DNA of 43,365 bases, from IMG/VR virus record IMGVR_UViG_3300016464_000180, positions 1-43,365 of that record. One strand, given 5' to 3'. This DNA is from a virus (lineage: Duplodnaviria; Caudoviricetes). Of the stretch, positions 27,467-36,633 are shown one piece after another (the stretch's first letter is position 1; the number at the start of each line of letters is the position of its first letter). The notes below the pieces were generated by a model. It was not told the origin of the DNA and did not search any database. It was given only the letters and a program-made list of their open reading frames with translations. The translations under genes were made by a program, and so were the position numbers.

Positions 27467-28486
27467 TCAGCGTCCAGCGATCCAGGAAGTAGGCTTGTCA
27501 GTGTGAACTCGACGAATATCGGAGTCGGACTTACTAGCCTTTCCGATATACATCATCATCATCTGCAAGCACCTCTTGGACTCGTTGGAGCCAACCTCTC
27601 CCTTGATGATTGGACCAGCCAGCAACGAAGCTAGGTGCCATGCAACAGCCATCTGGAACAACGGTGGGAACAAATGCGTCTCCACCACATACTCGGTGTA
27701 GAGCAGCACAGCTTCTGGGCAGTCCGTGTAGAGGCGCGGGACACCTAGCGAGTCAAGCTGCACCGAAAAGTCTTGCGTGTCCTTGTAGTCATCAACGCTA
27801 GACGCTGGGAGGACCGCGATGGCCTTTAGAAAGTGCCTAGGAAGCTCGTAAAAATAATCCCATTCCGAGCAGTCGCAGTGCGTGCCCCACTCATGCGTGT
27901 GCGTAGCGTGTTCTTCGATGTGGTCGATGTCAACCAATGTCAACTCGGCGCGCTTGGTCGAAAACGCCCAGTTGTGCATCTCAAGCGTCCCACGAAGGGC
28001 CATGGGGTAGAACTTGGCGCACAACTGCGCCTGCATACTGGGATCGGGCGGGCTAATGTTGGTAATCTTTGCGGTATCTCCGATCAGGCCCAACGCCATG
28101 TTGCAGATGTCAACGTCGGAAACCTTGTTGGTTTCGCAGGAGTCCACAAAAATGAAGCGTCCCGTGGACACAACGTATTGTTGTCCAAGCGCGTTGGTAG
28201 CCAACAACTTGTAGTAGTAGCGACCAACCGTAGTCGCAGCTTGCAGGCTGTCCATGGCAAACTCAACAACGCCACCAGATGCGTTGGTGATGGTCCCATC
28301 AAGGTGAAACACCTGGGTTGTCACGCCAACGGGATCTTCCAACTCATCAACATCCAGGTCGAAGAGGTAGCCCGTGATGTCAATGGCTTGGCCGTTGGAG
28401 CCGCGAATCGTAAACGTCCACGGAAGCTCATCGCCTTGGTAAACGTAGATGTCGAAGCTGGCTGGACAAATGCTAAGGGCTGGCAT
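27467..28486 (-). CDS. Tail tubular protein A / adaptor with an N-terminal BppU-like Ig domain
   Basis: Start ATG at 28486. Adaptor motifs VDICNMALGLIG, HNWAF, FPPLF..AVAWHLAS, WIAGR. The N-terminal ~120 aa carry 'VYQGD..PWTFTI...IDITG...G.YYYKL'. Confidence 0.85.
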   Translation of the reverse strand: MPALSICPASFDIYVYQGDELPWTFTIRGSNGQAIDITGYLFDLDVDELEDPVGVTTQVFHLDGTITNASGGVVEFAMDSLQAATTVGRYYYKLLATNALGQQYVVSTGRFIFVDSCETNKVSDVDICNMALGLIGDTAKITNISPPDPSMQAQLCAKFYPMALRGTLEMHNWAFSTKRAELTLVDIDHIEEHATHTHEWGTHCDCSEWDYFYELPRHFLKAIAVLPASSVDDYKDTQDFSVQLDSLGVPRLYTDCPEAVLLYTEYVVETHLFPPLFQMAVAWHLASLLAGPIIKGEVGSNESKRCLQMMMMYIGKASKSDSDIRRVHTDKPTSWIAGR

Positions 28487-28488
28487 GG

Positions 28489-30540
28489 TTACACCTTGAT
28501 CCAAACGGCTTCAGAAGGAACCCTGTTGTCATCCAAAACGAACAACATGTAGTAGCCTCTAGGAATCACCAGATCCGTAGCTGGCATTGTAAAGTTGATC
28601 GTGGTCCTGGAGGTAACGCTCTGCGTTGCTGGCTTGTGGTAGTTCTCGGAGAAGTCAATGTGGTGCGTCCGCGAACCAGGAGCCATCAGGACAACATGCG
28701 ACAACGACCGGAACTGCGCAGGCTCTTGGCACGTTACCGTGTAGCTGCTGCCGTAGCTGAGTTGGTAAGCACCGTTGGTCAGCGTGGCGGCAACGCTAAC
28801 GATCTGAGGCCTAGGGAAAGCAACTGACGGGACTTCCGAAGGACGCAGGTAACGAGGGTAAAACACTTCGTAGTCGTAGCCGGGATGCTCAGAAGCTGAC
28901 GGGTTATGCGCGTGCGAAGGCTCGTTAGGATCAATAACAACCATGGAAGCATCGCCACCTCCAGTAAACACGCGCCCGTCTGGCAGCAACATGGCCGTGC
29001 TGTGGTAGTTGCGGTAGGCTTCTGCTGGACTCCAATACAGAAGTTCCCATTCTGACGCGTATCCGGTTGACGCTCCAATCGAAAGCCTCTGGGCTTTTGT
29101 GTGGTAGTCTATGACTGCCCCGGCAATGTCAGGAGGCGTGAAGCTCTTGTAGGTGCCGCCAAACAGGTAGATGTCAGCATCTGGTGTAATAACCAGATTC
29201 TGCTCCATGCTTGAGTAGTTAAGTTCCGGCCCAAGAACCCAGTTTGCGCCAGAGCTATCGGCTTGGATCGTTTGCGTTTCGTCAGTTGTAGTTAGAGTTG
29301 CGCCAAGATAGTTAGCTCCTCCAACACGCAAAACTCGATTGTCTGTTCCGTCCCAATTAGGAAGCAAAACAGACGATCCATACATGCGCTCTTTTTGCCA
29401 TGCGCCCTGAAGCGTGTGGCCTGGAGTAAGAGTCCACTGCCCTGGGTTAGTTCCGTGGTTGGTAAGTCGCGCAGACTTACTTGCCATGCCAGCCATAAAG
29501 AACTGGCCGTTAGTCAGTTGGAAAATGTGCGCGTAGTAGATTAGCGATTCACTGTAAAGCGCAGCATCTGTTGCAGTAGAAATAGCTGGCCCTTTAAAAA
29601 CGCCAGCTTCTCCACCAACTGTAGTGCCAGGATTGTTTCTATTATCTAGAAGTAGGCCAGACGCTCCAATAGTAGCATCTGGAGATCCAGCAACCCAATA
29701 CGCTTCGTATGAATTCCACGAGGGGTTGTCTAGCGGATTATTAAGCGTAAGCGGATCGTCGCTTCCACCAAAAAACAACACGGCTGAGTAAGTAAAAAGC
29801 CCAACCGTATACCGTGGGGTAGTCTTGACGGTTGCATACCACCGAGGTTTTAGCATGGCCCCGTGGTAGACCCAGGCACCAAACGTTGCATAATGCCCAA
29901 CGTTTAGATCTTTAAAAGCTGGCGTTTCCGATACGCCTTGTGGTGCCCACGCAGCACCAGTTGCCGCTGGGTTCCATACCCACAACCCGTCGTAACTGTT
30001 GAGGCCAAAGTTCTCGTTCCAGGAGTTTCCGCCTGCGATCACAAGATCGCCAAACTCTGTCCAGGCATGACCAGCGCAGAACAGCGACGGGTAGTATTCT
30101 AGTCCACCAGATTCGTAAACCTTGGCAATTGGAAGAAGGTAGTTGTAGCAACGCGTTGTAGCTTCTGGATCAAGATCCAAAATCACAATTGCTTGCCAAG
30201 ACCACCATTCTGTTCCGGTAAACGTAGACTTAGCTACTACTGGATCCGTATTCCACAAAAGCAGTTTGCCTCGATGTGGACCCTTTGGAATTACCGAGCA
30301 ATGAGTTGCTTTAAAACGCGTAGGGAATCCCCAAGTCTGGGTAACGCCACCAATTGCTCCAGTCCAGTATTCAAGCCCGGGCCAACCAGCAGCCGGATCT
30401 GTCTCAGTCGAATCGTTGTTAAAACCTTCCTCAAACCAACCATCTTTAATTGGATAGTTAGTAAGGTCGAGAGTTTCTTGAGGAAGGTAGACAGTCGCGT
30501 TGCGGGTCGACTGAACGATGTCAACGTTTCTCTCGACCAT
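28489..30540 (-). CDS. Copper radical oxidase (galactose/glyoxal oxidase, AA5/GlxA-like; Kelch propeller + C-terminal Ig domain)
   Basis: LFCAGH, PRWYAT, RNYHSTAMLLPDGRV, YPRYL, GSRTHH, PRGYYMLFV..VPS. Confidence 0.88.
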   Translation of the reverse strand: MVERNVDIVQSTRNATVYLPQETLDLTNYPIKDGWFEEGFNNDSTETDPAAGWPGLEYWTGAIGGVTQTWGFPTRFKATHCSVIPKGPHRGKLLLWNTDPVVAKSTFTGTEWWSWQAIVILDLDPEATTRCYNYLLPIAKVYESGGLEYYPSLFCAGHAWTEFGDLVIAGGNSWNENFGLNSYDGLWVWNPAATGAAWAPQGVSETPAFKDLNVGHYATFGAWVYHGAMLKPRWYATVKTTPRYTVGLFTYSAVLFFGGSDDPLTLNNPLDNPSWNSYEAYWVAGSPDATIGASGLLLDNRNNPGTTVGGEAGVFKGPAISTATDAALYSESLIYYAHIFQLTNGQFFMAGMASKSARLTNHGTNPGQWTLTPGHTLQGAWQKERMYGSSVLLPNWDGTDNRVLRVGGANYLGATLTTTDETQTIQADSSGANWVLGPELNYSSMEQNLVITPDADIYLFGGTYKSFTPPDIAGAVIDYHTKAQRLSIGASTGYASEWELLYWSPAEAYRNYHSTAMLLPDGRVFTGGGDASMVVIDPNEPSHAHNPSASEHPGYDYEVFYPRYLRPSEVPSVAFPRPQIVSVAATLTNGAYQLSYGSSYTVTCQEPAQFRSLSHVVLMAPGSRTHHIDFSENYHKPATQSVTSRTTINFTMPATDLVIPRGYYMLFVLDDNRVPSEAVWIKV

Positions 30541-30551
30541 GTTGCCCTCGC

Positions 30552-31160
30552 TCAGCTAACCTTCATCGTGCTGGGGTAAAATGGAAGGTCGCAGAAATTG
30601 CTACCAGCACCGCTATCAGCCACTTCAACAATGTCAACATCAATACTTCCGTCAGAAATCAAATCGCCTGGAGTAAACTCCAATGCAGTCGAATTGAATT
30701 CTTCAAAAATGAAATAGGCAGCTTGCTGCATTTCAAAGTTGCCAAAAATATTGATGTCCCACAAACTAAGCGTAGTTACCGGAAAAATATACTTTTTGCC
30801 TGCTGCAAAATTGTTCCCAGTAGTCAGATTGCACGGAATTGCGCCCGTAGTCCCAAGAATTGGCTGCAAACGCGTAGCAATTTGAGCATTAAGTGGAACG
30901 AGTCCACCTAAAGTATTTAGAGCTTCTTGAGTAAATGTTGCGTTTGCTTCAGCAACAAGAGACATTCTAACATACGTCTCACTCTGCTGAGTAATAGGTG
31001 ACTTAATAGTCACGCAGCAATACACAGTCTTGCCACGCCCAAAATCGCGCAATGTTGCGACTGAAAGTTTATTGCTTGGAATTGAAAACCCAGAAAATGG
31101 GCGAGTTCCACTAGCGACTGAAAAGTTGCTAGCCAGTTGTAGCTTCTTATCGAGAATCAT
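30552..31160 (-). CDS. Capsid cement/decoration paralog 3 (Bbp16-like, divergent)
   Basis: MILDKKLQL...LRDFGRGKTVY; AGGAG Shine-Dalgarno. Confidence 0.6.
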   Translation of the reverse strand: MILDKKLQLASNFSVASGTRPFSGFSIPSNKLSVATLRDFGRGKTVYCCVTIKSPITQQSETYVRMSLVAEANATFTQEALNTLGGLVPLNAQIATRLQPILGTTGAIPCNLTTGNNFAAGKKYIFPVTTLSLWDINIFGNFEMQQAAYFIFEEFNSTALEFTPGDLISDGSIDVDIVEVADSGAGSNFCDLPFYPSTMKVS

Positions 31161-31176
31161 GTTGTTCTCCTAAAGC

Positions 31177-31196
31177 GGCCCAGCCGAAGCCGGGCC
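31177..31196 (-). other. UUCG-tetraloop hairpin between cement genes
   Basis: GGCCCGGC-TTCG-GCTGGGCC on the minus strand; only a short U run follows. Confidence 0.7.
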
Positions 31197-31201
31197 TGTG
31201 G

Positions 31202-31666
31202 TCACTGGACGGTAAAGCCCTTTTGGTAGGTATGCTCAGCCATGTTGACTTCGGTAACGATGTCAACAGTCCAAGTGCCGCCAACGGTTGCCGCCGTGTA
31301 AGCAACAAACTGAACCAAGAAATACTTCTTGGTGTTGTTTGGGAGAGTCCCAAGGCGAACCTTAGAAATCGGAGGAATGGGAAGATACAAAACAGTTCCA
31401 GCAGCCGGAACGCTTCCGCCTGAAGAAAGCGGAAACTGAGAAAGCATCACAAAGTTAGAAGCAGCATCGTTATCTGCATACCCAACATTGATGTTTACTC
31501 CGCCAGATGCTTGCGTGTAAGCCGTATCAATACGAATACGGACATACAACGTAGTCCCCATTCCAACATCGCGCAAAGTATCAATGTCAATTGCGCTAGT
31601 TTGAACCGATCCTGCGGTGGCAATCGCTTGCCCGTCAGCCAGCCTGAGAAGTTGATCTGGGATCAT
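31202..31666 (-). CDS. Capsid cement/decoration paralog 2 (Bbp16-like)
   Basis: MIPDQLLRLADGQAI...IDI...RDVGMG..LYV...KKYF.V.F; AAGGAG Shine-Dalgarno. Confidence 0.75.
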   Translation of the reverse strand: MIPDQLLRLADGQAIATAGSVQTSAIDIDTLRDVGMGTTLYVRIRIDTAYTQASGGVNINVGYADNDAASNFVMLSQFPLSSGGSVPAAGTVLYLPIPPISKVRLGTLPNNTKKYFLVQFVAYTAATVGGTWTVDIVTEVNMAEHTYQKGFTVQ

Positions 31667-31682
31667 GTTAGCTCCTTGTAGA

Positions 31683-31704
31683 AGCTGGGGCCGAAGCCCC
31701 AGCT
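31683..31704 (-). other. UUCG-tetraloop hairpin (attenuator/stability element)
   Basis: AGCTGGGGC-TTCG-GCCCCAGCT directly after the stop at 31706. Confidence 0.75.
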
Positions 31705-31705
31705 A

Positions 31706-32233
31706 TTAGGCATCAATATTATCAGGTGCCAAGTAACGAACAAACTTGATGCCTGTATCGTAGTGCTTAGGCAGCGATTGCGGATTAAGCACAATGGAAA
31801 CATTTACGCTTCCAGCACTCGGAGTGCCAGAAACCGAATACCACATGCCAACATAACGCCTGCCACCATTGGTAATGGTCTTTCCCAATTCGTCAGGAGT
31901 CGGCGCAGTGTCCGCGTTTCGTTGACCACGAACATAATTTTCAGTAAGCGGAACAACGATGATTCGCCCCGCAGTCAAACTTGCGACAGGAATGGCTCCA
32001 GAAGATCCAATCGTTTCGTCCGAAGCGTCTACAGTGCTGTTGTCAGAAGCTTTAACCTGAAATTCGACACTAGTGCCACCACTGAACGCAGTCGTGACAG
32101 TCACAACAGCGTAGACGGGGCAACCGGCACCAGCATCATAAATGTTCTTAAGGTCGGCAACATTGGTAGCGACAGCAGAGGTCGTAATCGGACCTTGTGC
32201 GCTAGCAAGCAAAAAATTGATGTCGGTAATCAT
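31706..32233 (-). CDS. Capsid cement/decoration paralog 1 (Bbp16-like)
   Basis: Start ATG at 32233 with GAGG upstream; MITD..AQ..STNV-like..DL..G.G..SSGAIPVASLTAG..RRYV..Y.V.G. Confidence 0.85.
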   Translation of the reverse strand: MITDINFLLASAQGPITTSAVATNVADLKNIYDAGAGCPVYAVVTVTTAFSGGTSVEFQVKASDNSTVDASDETIGSSGAIPVASLTAGRIIVVPLTENYVRGQRNADTAPTPDELGKTITNGGRRYVGMWYSVSGTPSAGSVNVSIVLNPQSLPKHYDTGIKFVRYLAPDNIDA

Positions 32234-32241
32234 GTTATACC

Positions 32242-33309
32242 TCAGGCAATGTAGGTTTCGGCAACGCCAATTGCATCGCACTTGCGAATCGGGATACCAA
32301 GGAACGACAGGTAGCTCTGCGCCGTGCCGAACTCGGTAAGACCCTTTTCGATGCTCATCACGCCCAGCGACTTCTCCATCGCCATGCGCGACAGCGCGCT
32401 GTGGACCGTGCGGTTCATGTAGAACGCACAGCGACCCATTGCCGTATTCGGAATACGGTAAACGGCGCGAGCCATCAAATGGATCAAATTGGTGCCATAC
32501 GCACCAGAGGTCAGAGCTTGCGTATTAGCAAGGCCAACAAGGTCGCTAACATCAACGTTAGCAATACGGACTGCGTAACGCCAGTCCTTGACCATAAGGC
32601 CGCACTTCCACTGGTAACGAGTAACGAGGGCTTGCATGCGATCGCCAGCCGAAGCATAAGCCGTATTGGCAGTAGACGGCGTGTAAACCGTCTGCTCGCC
32701 AAGATCTTCATGGATCAGGCCAGCCTTGCTGCCCTTCGGGAACGGGCAGAACACCGTCTGATCGCCCCAGCAAACAAGGTAAACCGACGTAAGGTCGCCA
32801 ACGGTTCCAGCAGTACCGCTGCTAGCCAGCAGCACATTTTGGCCGTTGCCAGCCGTCGTGCTGTTGTAGCGATTCTTAAAGCCAAGGAACTGCTTTGGAT
32901 CAGTAGCAGGATCACCATCAAAAATGGTTGCCGCCATGCGCTGGTTCATGGCCTCAAGGAACGCAGCGTCTTCCGACAGGCGGAAAGCAGCCGTGTTACC
33001 GTTGAGCATCGCAAGATCCTTATCGACCTCGCTACGCGCTTCCAGGATTGCGCAAGCCTCATCGACCTGGGCGGTCGTGCTCTTGCTGCTCGGGATACCC
33101 TGGTTCAAGCTGCGCCAGTAGACATCCGGCAAGCCCGTGCGGATCACCTCACGGTGGCCCGTAGGAAGGTTCGACTCGCGCCAGACGCAATCCGTCAGGA
33201 TCTCGTTAGTAGTCGAAAGAAGCTCGGCAATCGTCGCAATACGACCCTCGGGGTCGAGTCGCTTGGCATGATCGAGCAGGGTAAGATTATTCGCGCTAAG
33301 GACAGCCAT
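32242..33309 (-). CDS. Major capsid protein (BPP-1 Bbp17-like)
   Basis: TLLDHAKR.DP, RTGLP..WR.LNQG, SEVDKDLA, FRLSED.AFLEAMNQ, DWRYAVRIAN, FLGIPIRKCDAI. Confidence 0.95.
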   Translation of the reverse strand: MAVLSANNLTLLDHAKRLDPEGRIATIAELLSTTNEILTDCVWRESNLPTGHREVIRTGLPDVYWRSLNQGIPSSKSTTAQVDEACAILEARSEVDKDLAMLNGNTAAFRLSEDAAFLEAMNQRMAATIFDGDPATDPKQFLGFKNRYNSTTAGNGQNVLLASSGTAGTVGDLTSVYLVCWGDQTVFCPFPKGSKAGLIHEDLGEQTVYTPSTANTAYASAGDRMQALVTRYQWKCGLMVKDWRYAVRIANVDVSDLVGLANTQALTSGAYGTNLIHLMARAVYRIPNTAMGRCAFYMNRTVHSALSRMAMEKSLGVMSIEKGLTEFGTAQSYLSFLGIPIRKCDAIGVAETYIA

Positions 33310-33318
33310 CTTTCTCTC

Positions 33319-33975
33319 TTATTGGTTAGGGTAAAGGACAGACGCAAGTTCGTTGAAGCCGCGAGGACCGCTAGCCTTTCCAGCGGTAGCCTTGCCTCCA
33401 ACAAAGCGATCTTCACTGATCGCTTTGCCAGCCCTGTAAAGCACCCGGATAATCTCCGGATGGTTTCCAAGACCGGACTCGTTTAGCAGTGCAAGAAGCT
33501 CGGGGGAGCCGTAGGTGTCGAGGGCCTTCTTGGCGACAGCAAGGTTCGCGTCCAGCGATTCACCGCCGAACTCCTTGTCCGCTTTCGATGTGTTGACCCA
33601 CTCTGCCTTCGTTGCCTCGATCTGGCTAATTTGGTTGTCCCGAAGAACGGGAGCCAGCTTATCCAGCATCTTCTGCGCGGCTTCCTGCGTCATGTTCAGC
33701 TCTTTTGCGACGTTGCCATATGCGGACAGCACATTCGCATCGTATTCAGCACCTTCTGGTGACTTGAACTCGTAGCGATCCGGGGCACTCGCTGGTGCCT
33801 TCGTGGCTTGGTCGTTACTCGGCTGGCCAACTTCAGCGGGTTGTCCGCTGCCCTTGGTTTGACTGTCGGTTGCCTGTTGCTGCTGCGGTTGCGCGTTCTG
33901 CGCACCCGTGTTTACAGCCTCAGCACCACTAGTTTGAGTTTGCGCGGTTGCTTGGCTGAGCATCGTTTCGGTCAT
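33319..33975 (-). CDS. Scaffolding protein
   Basis: Start ATG at 33975; APDRYEF, DKEFGG, GLGNHPEIIR...ISED; directly upstream of the capsid gene. Confidence 0.85.
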   Translation of the reverse strand: MTETMLSQATAQTQTSGAEAVNTGAQNAQPQQQQATDSQTKGSGQPAEVGQPSNDQATKAPASAPDRYEFKSPEGAEYDANVLSAYGNVAKELNMTQEAAQKMLDKLAPVLRDNQISQIEATKAEWVNTSKADKEFGGESLDANLAVAKKALDTYGSPELLALLNESGLGNHPEIIRVLYRAGKAISEDRFVGGKATAGKASGPRGFNELASVLYPNQ

Positions 33976-34279
33976 TGTTTTGCTCCTTGACCATCGCTGA
34001 GTAAAGCTCAGGACAGAGCGAATGGATGAGTGCCAGCATTCGATTCCCGAAGTTGCGGTTCCCCTCGGCAAATGCCATGTGCATCGCGTTAGGGTTGAAC
34101 GACAGGCGGAAAACGCCGGACTGATCCAACAATCGCCACACCACGCGGCGACCTCGCTTGCTGGACATGAGCCACTTCACATCGGCCTCCTCGTTCTCAA
34201 GGGCCACACGTTCGCGCACATCCTTATCGGCTTTGGCGCGTTCTTGGCCCTTGATGTCGAGAGGGTCGTAGTTGGTCAC
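33929..34279 (-). CDS. Bbp19-like head-assembly protein
   Basis: DVKWLMSSKRGRRVVWRLL...MAFAEGNRNFG. Confidence 0.85.
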   Translation of the reverse strand: MTNYDPLDIKGQERAKADKDVRERVALENEEADVKWLMSSKRGRRVVWRLLDQSGVFRLSFNPNAMHMAFAEGNRNFGNRMLALIHSLCPELYSAMVKEQNNDRNDAQPSNRANSN

Positions 34280-34285
34280 ACCAAA

Positions 34286-34318
34286 ACACTATTAGTTGTG
34301 GGTGGACCTATGGACCCC
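34286..34318 (-). promoter_or_regulatory. Putative phage late promoter, copy 1
   Basis: GGGGTCCATAGG-15 nt-TAGTGT-6 nt-GTG. Confidence 0.7.
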
Positions 34319-34327
34319 ACCCATCAA

Positions 34328-34762
34328 CTAGCAGCAGTCTTCTTCCGCGTGGTGCGGAACCGCATCCCTAGTGGCGCGGTATGCTAACTCATAAAGCATG
34401 TGGTGGTTGGACTCCCACGCGGCGTAGGCCCGCTCGGCAGTTATGAATGCCGCATCGCACAAGGAATCCAGGATGTTTAGCTGGTGTGTAGGCATCGACT
34501 TTCCATGCTTGTTCAGCATGTTCTTTGCCTTTGCCCAGATGATGTAGGACCAGCCAGCCCTGTCGATGTCTTCCTGAAGGATCTCGTCTACAAGCTCGCT
34601 GAAATCGCGGTCGAACGAAGCATTCCCGTATTCCTTAGCTCCCAGGGCCAAACGGTCCCGGAGAGCCGATAGGAAAACGTGAGGCCTCTGGTTGTTGGTT
34701 TCCTTGACCAGTCTGCTTTTCAAAACATCAACAAACTGGTAACGGTCGGATCGCTCGATCAC
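34328..34762 (-). CDS. Hypothetical protein, possibly MazG-like all-alpha NTP pyrophosphatase fold
   Basis: 'RL..GAKEYG.....ELVDEILQEDID...W' pattern. Confidence 0.45.
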   Translation of the reverse strand: MIERSDRYQFVDVLKSRLVKETNNQRPHVFLSALRDRLALGAKEYGNASFDRDFSELVDEILQEDIDRAGWSYIIWAKAKNMLNKHGKSMPTHQLNILDSLCDAAFITAERAYAAWESNHHMLYELAYRATRDAVPHHAEEDCC

Positions 34763-36633
34763 AACGCCCTCCAGCGAGACTGGGCAATGCTTTTCGGTGC
34801 GCCGAACTTGGTGACAATTGACTGAGCTTCACTATTTTCTGGAATCATAACGCACGCCGTTAGAGTCCAGTAGTCACACGCTCCAGTCACATAAATGTTG
34901 AGGTTGCTTGCGTCGTTTGGGGTTCCAGTAGTAGGCCATTCCCCTTCCGAGAATGGATTACCATTGTTCCATCGAATTGCGTATGCGTGCCACATCGGGG
35001 TTCGGTTGACAAGAAACGAATTGGCCGCGATGTCCGTTGCAAGATCCTTAGCCACGCGCTCAAAGCTAGGATCTTTCAGCACTCGGGACGCTGCCAAGAA
35101 CCCGATAGCAGCGATGGATTCTTGCCACGGTTGCCATCCGATTACCGGGCGGCCATCCGGGTAGTTCCACCCATACTTAGCCTGCTCATGCCCGCCGATG
35201 GTGCGGATCTGAGCCTCAGGAGGCTGCGTTGTGTAGTAGGACTTGAGCATGGCAGCGCGCAGCCCATCCTTCAGGGTCGCAGCCGCTTCCGTAAACCCAA
35301 GCCAAACTTGGTTAGCTCGGGTCAGCGCAAGGCGACCAACCGCGCGCGGGGACAGCAGGTTGTCGCGCTTGATGTTGACATCTAGCTTGTCCAACTCGAT
35401 ATGGTCCTCGATAAGCTGCCGCAGCGCATCGTCGCGCGTCAGCGCGTAGGTCGCGTGCAGGAAGTTATCGGACCTATGCTGATCGTCGCTGGTGGTCCAC
35501 AAGCAGGTATTGGGGCTGGGAATCCAACCGATCTGGTTAACCCCAGGCCAGCCAAGCCTGTCGTTCACACCAAGGTTGAGATCGGGCCGCTGGTTCAGCA
35601 ACTCAGCCTGCGGATGCAACTCAGCTTGCATCGGCATCCCAAACGGCTCCTTGTTCGCGGTAGGCCTTTGGGCGTAGCTCTGACATTGCCACAACGCATC
35701 GTGGATCTCCCACGGTTCGCCAGTGGTCACGGCAAGATCGGACGCGCAACCAAAATCAGACTGCTCTCCGGTAGTGCCAGACTCATGCATTTGCGTTCGC
35801 GGACGCAACGCAGTGTAAGTCCCGCTCTGCGTTTTGTAAGCGCGATACTGCGTAGCCCTAGCACCAATAGTGTCTGGAGTAGCCTTAGGCACAACACCTA
35901 GTGCCATCCACTCTCCGTCCCACCCCGTGTAAAGCCCATACATGACGTATCCTTGGCTACGAGGCTCGTCCCAAGCTGCATGAATTGCACCGCGCGTCTG
36001 GAAACGCACCGCGCGATGCCAGCGCGTCCCGGACGCAACCAGGACATGACGCTTACTTGGCAGGTTGTTCAGACCGTTGCGCGCTGCAAAATCCAGCGTC
36101 ACATCGGCTGCGCACTCCATCGCAAACTCAGGCAGCGTGACAGACTGAAGTTGGCCATCGTTGCGGACATCGCCGTAAACGGCCTCGCAAGTGAAGTCAA
36201 CGTAGGGAATGCCAGAGTAGACGTTGGCCCAGAGATCGACGGTCACGCGATGCTCTGAGCTTTGCGTGCGCAGATGCCACTTCTCTACCGATTCCGATGC
36301 AGACATTGAGACAAGCTGCATCGTCGGAAGATGCTTGGTCCCAATGTAGAAGCTAGGCACTAACCCAATTAGGTTATGGCCAATTGACGGGTGCATAATA
36401 AAATCACCCTTGTCACGCTTCTTGTCCAGGAACTCAAACTTCATCCTAGAGTTTGCAGGGACTGTAGCCAAAAACCTAATGCCGCCATCAACGCACAAGT
36501 AAGGGTAGTAATCCTTACCGTCCGTCAAGTAGCCCTCAACATATGGAGGCATGTGCGACTCAGGCAGACCACAAAAGATCCACTGAGTATGAGCAAGGGA
36601 AGAAACGTTCTGAACAAGAATGGGAGCTTTCAT
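34759..36633 (-). CDS. Large accessory protein (624 aa), possibly a beta-domain + alpha/alpha-barrel carbohydrate-active fold
   Basis: Coupled to the portal stop (TGATG). Aromatic-rich, with motifs DDQH..Y.LT.D, RAVGR and WQPWQ reminiscent of PcRGLX/YetA-like proteins. Confidence 0.55.
   Translation of the reverse strand: MKAPILVQNVSSLAHTQWIFCGLPESHMPPYVEGYLTDGKDYYPYLCVDGGIRFLATVPANSRMKFEFLDKKRDKGDFIMHPSIGHNLIGLVPSFYIGTKHLPTMQLVSMSASESVEKWHLRTQSSEHRVTVDLWANVYSGIPYVDFTCEAVYGDVRNDGQLQSVTLPEFAMECAADVTLDFAARNGLNNLPSKRHVLVASGTRWHRAVRFQTRGAIHAAWDEPRSQGYVMYGLYTGWDGEWMALGVVPKATPDTIGARATQYRAYKTQSGTYTALRPRTQMHESGTTGEQSDFGCASDLAVTTGEPWEIHDALWQCQSYAQRPTANKEPFGMPMQAELHPQAELLNQRPDLNLGVNDRLGWPGVNQIGWIPSPNTCLWTTSDDQHRSDNFLHATYALTRDDALRQLIEDHIELDKLDVNIKRDNLLSPRAVGRLALTRANQVWLGFTEAAATLKDGLRAAMLKSYYTTQPPEAQIRTIGGHEQAKYGWNYPDGRPVIGWQPWQESIAAIGFLAASRVLKDPSFERVAKDLATDIAANSFLVNRTPMWHAYAIRWNNGNPFSEGEWPTTGTPNDASNLNIYVTGACDYWTLTACVMIPENSEAQSIVTKFGAPKSIAQSRWRAL

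Noticed and set aside
32233-32281. Programmed frameshift fusing capsid to cement protein
   Set aside because: The open overlap is short, there is no slippery heptamer, and the cement gene has its own GAGG and ATG.
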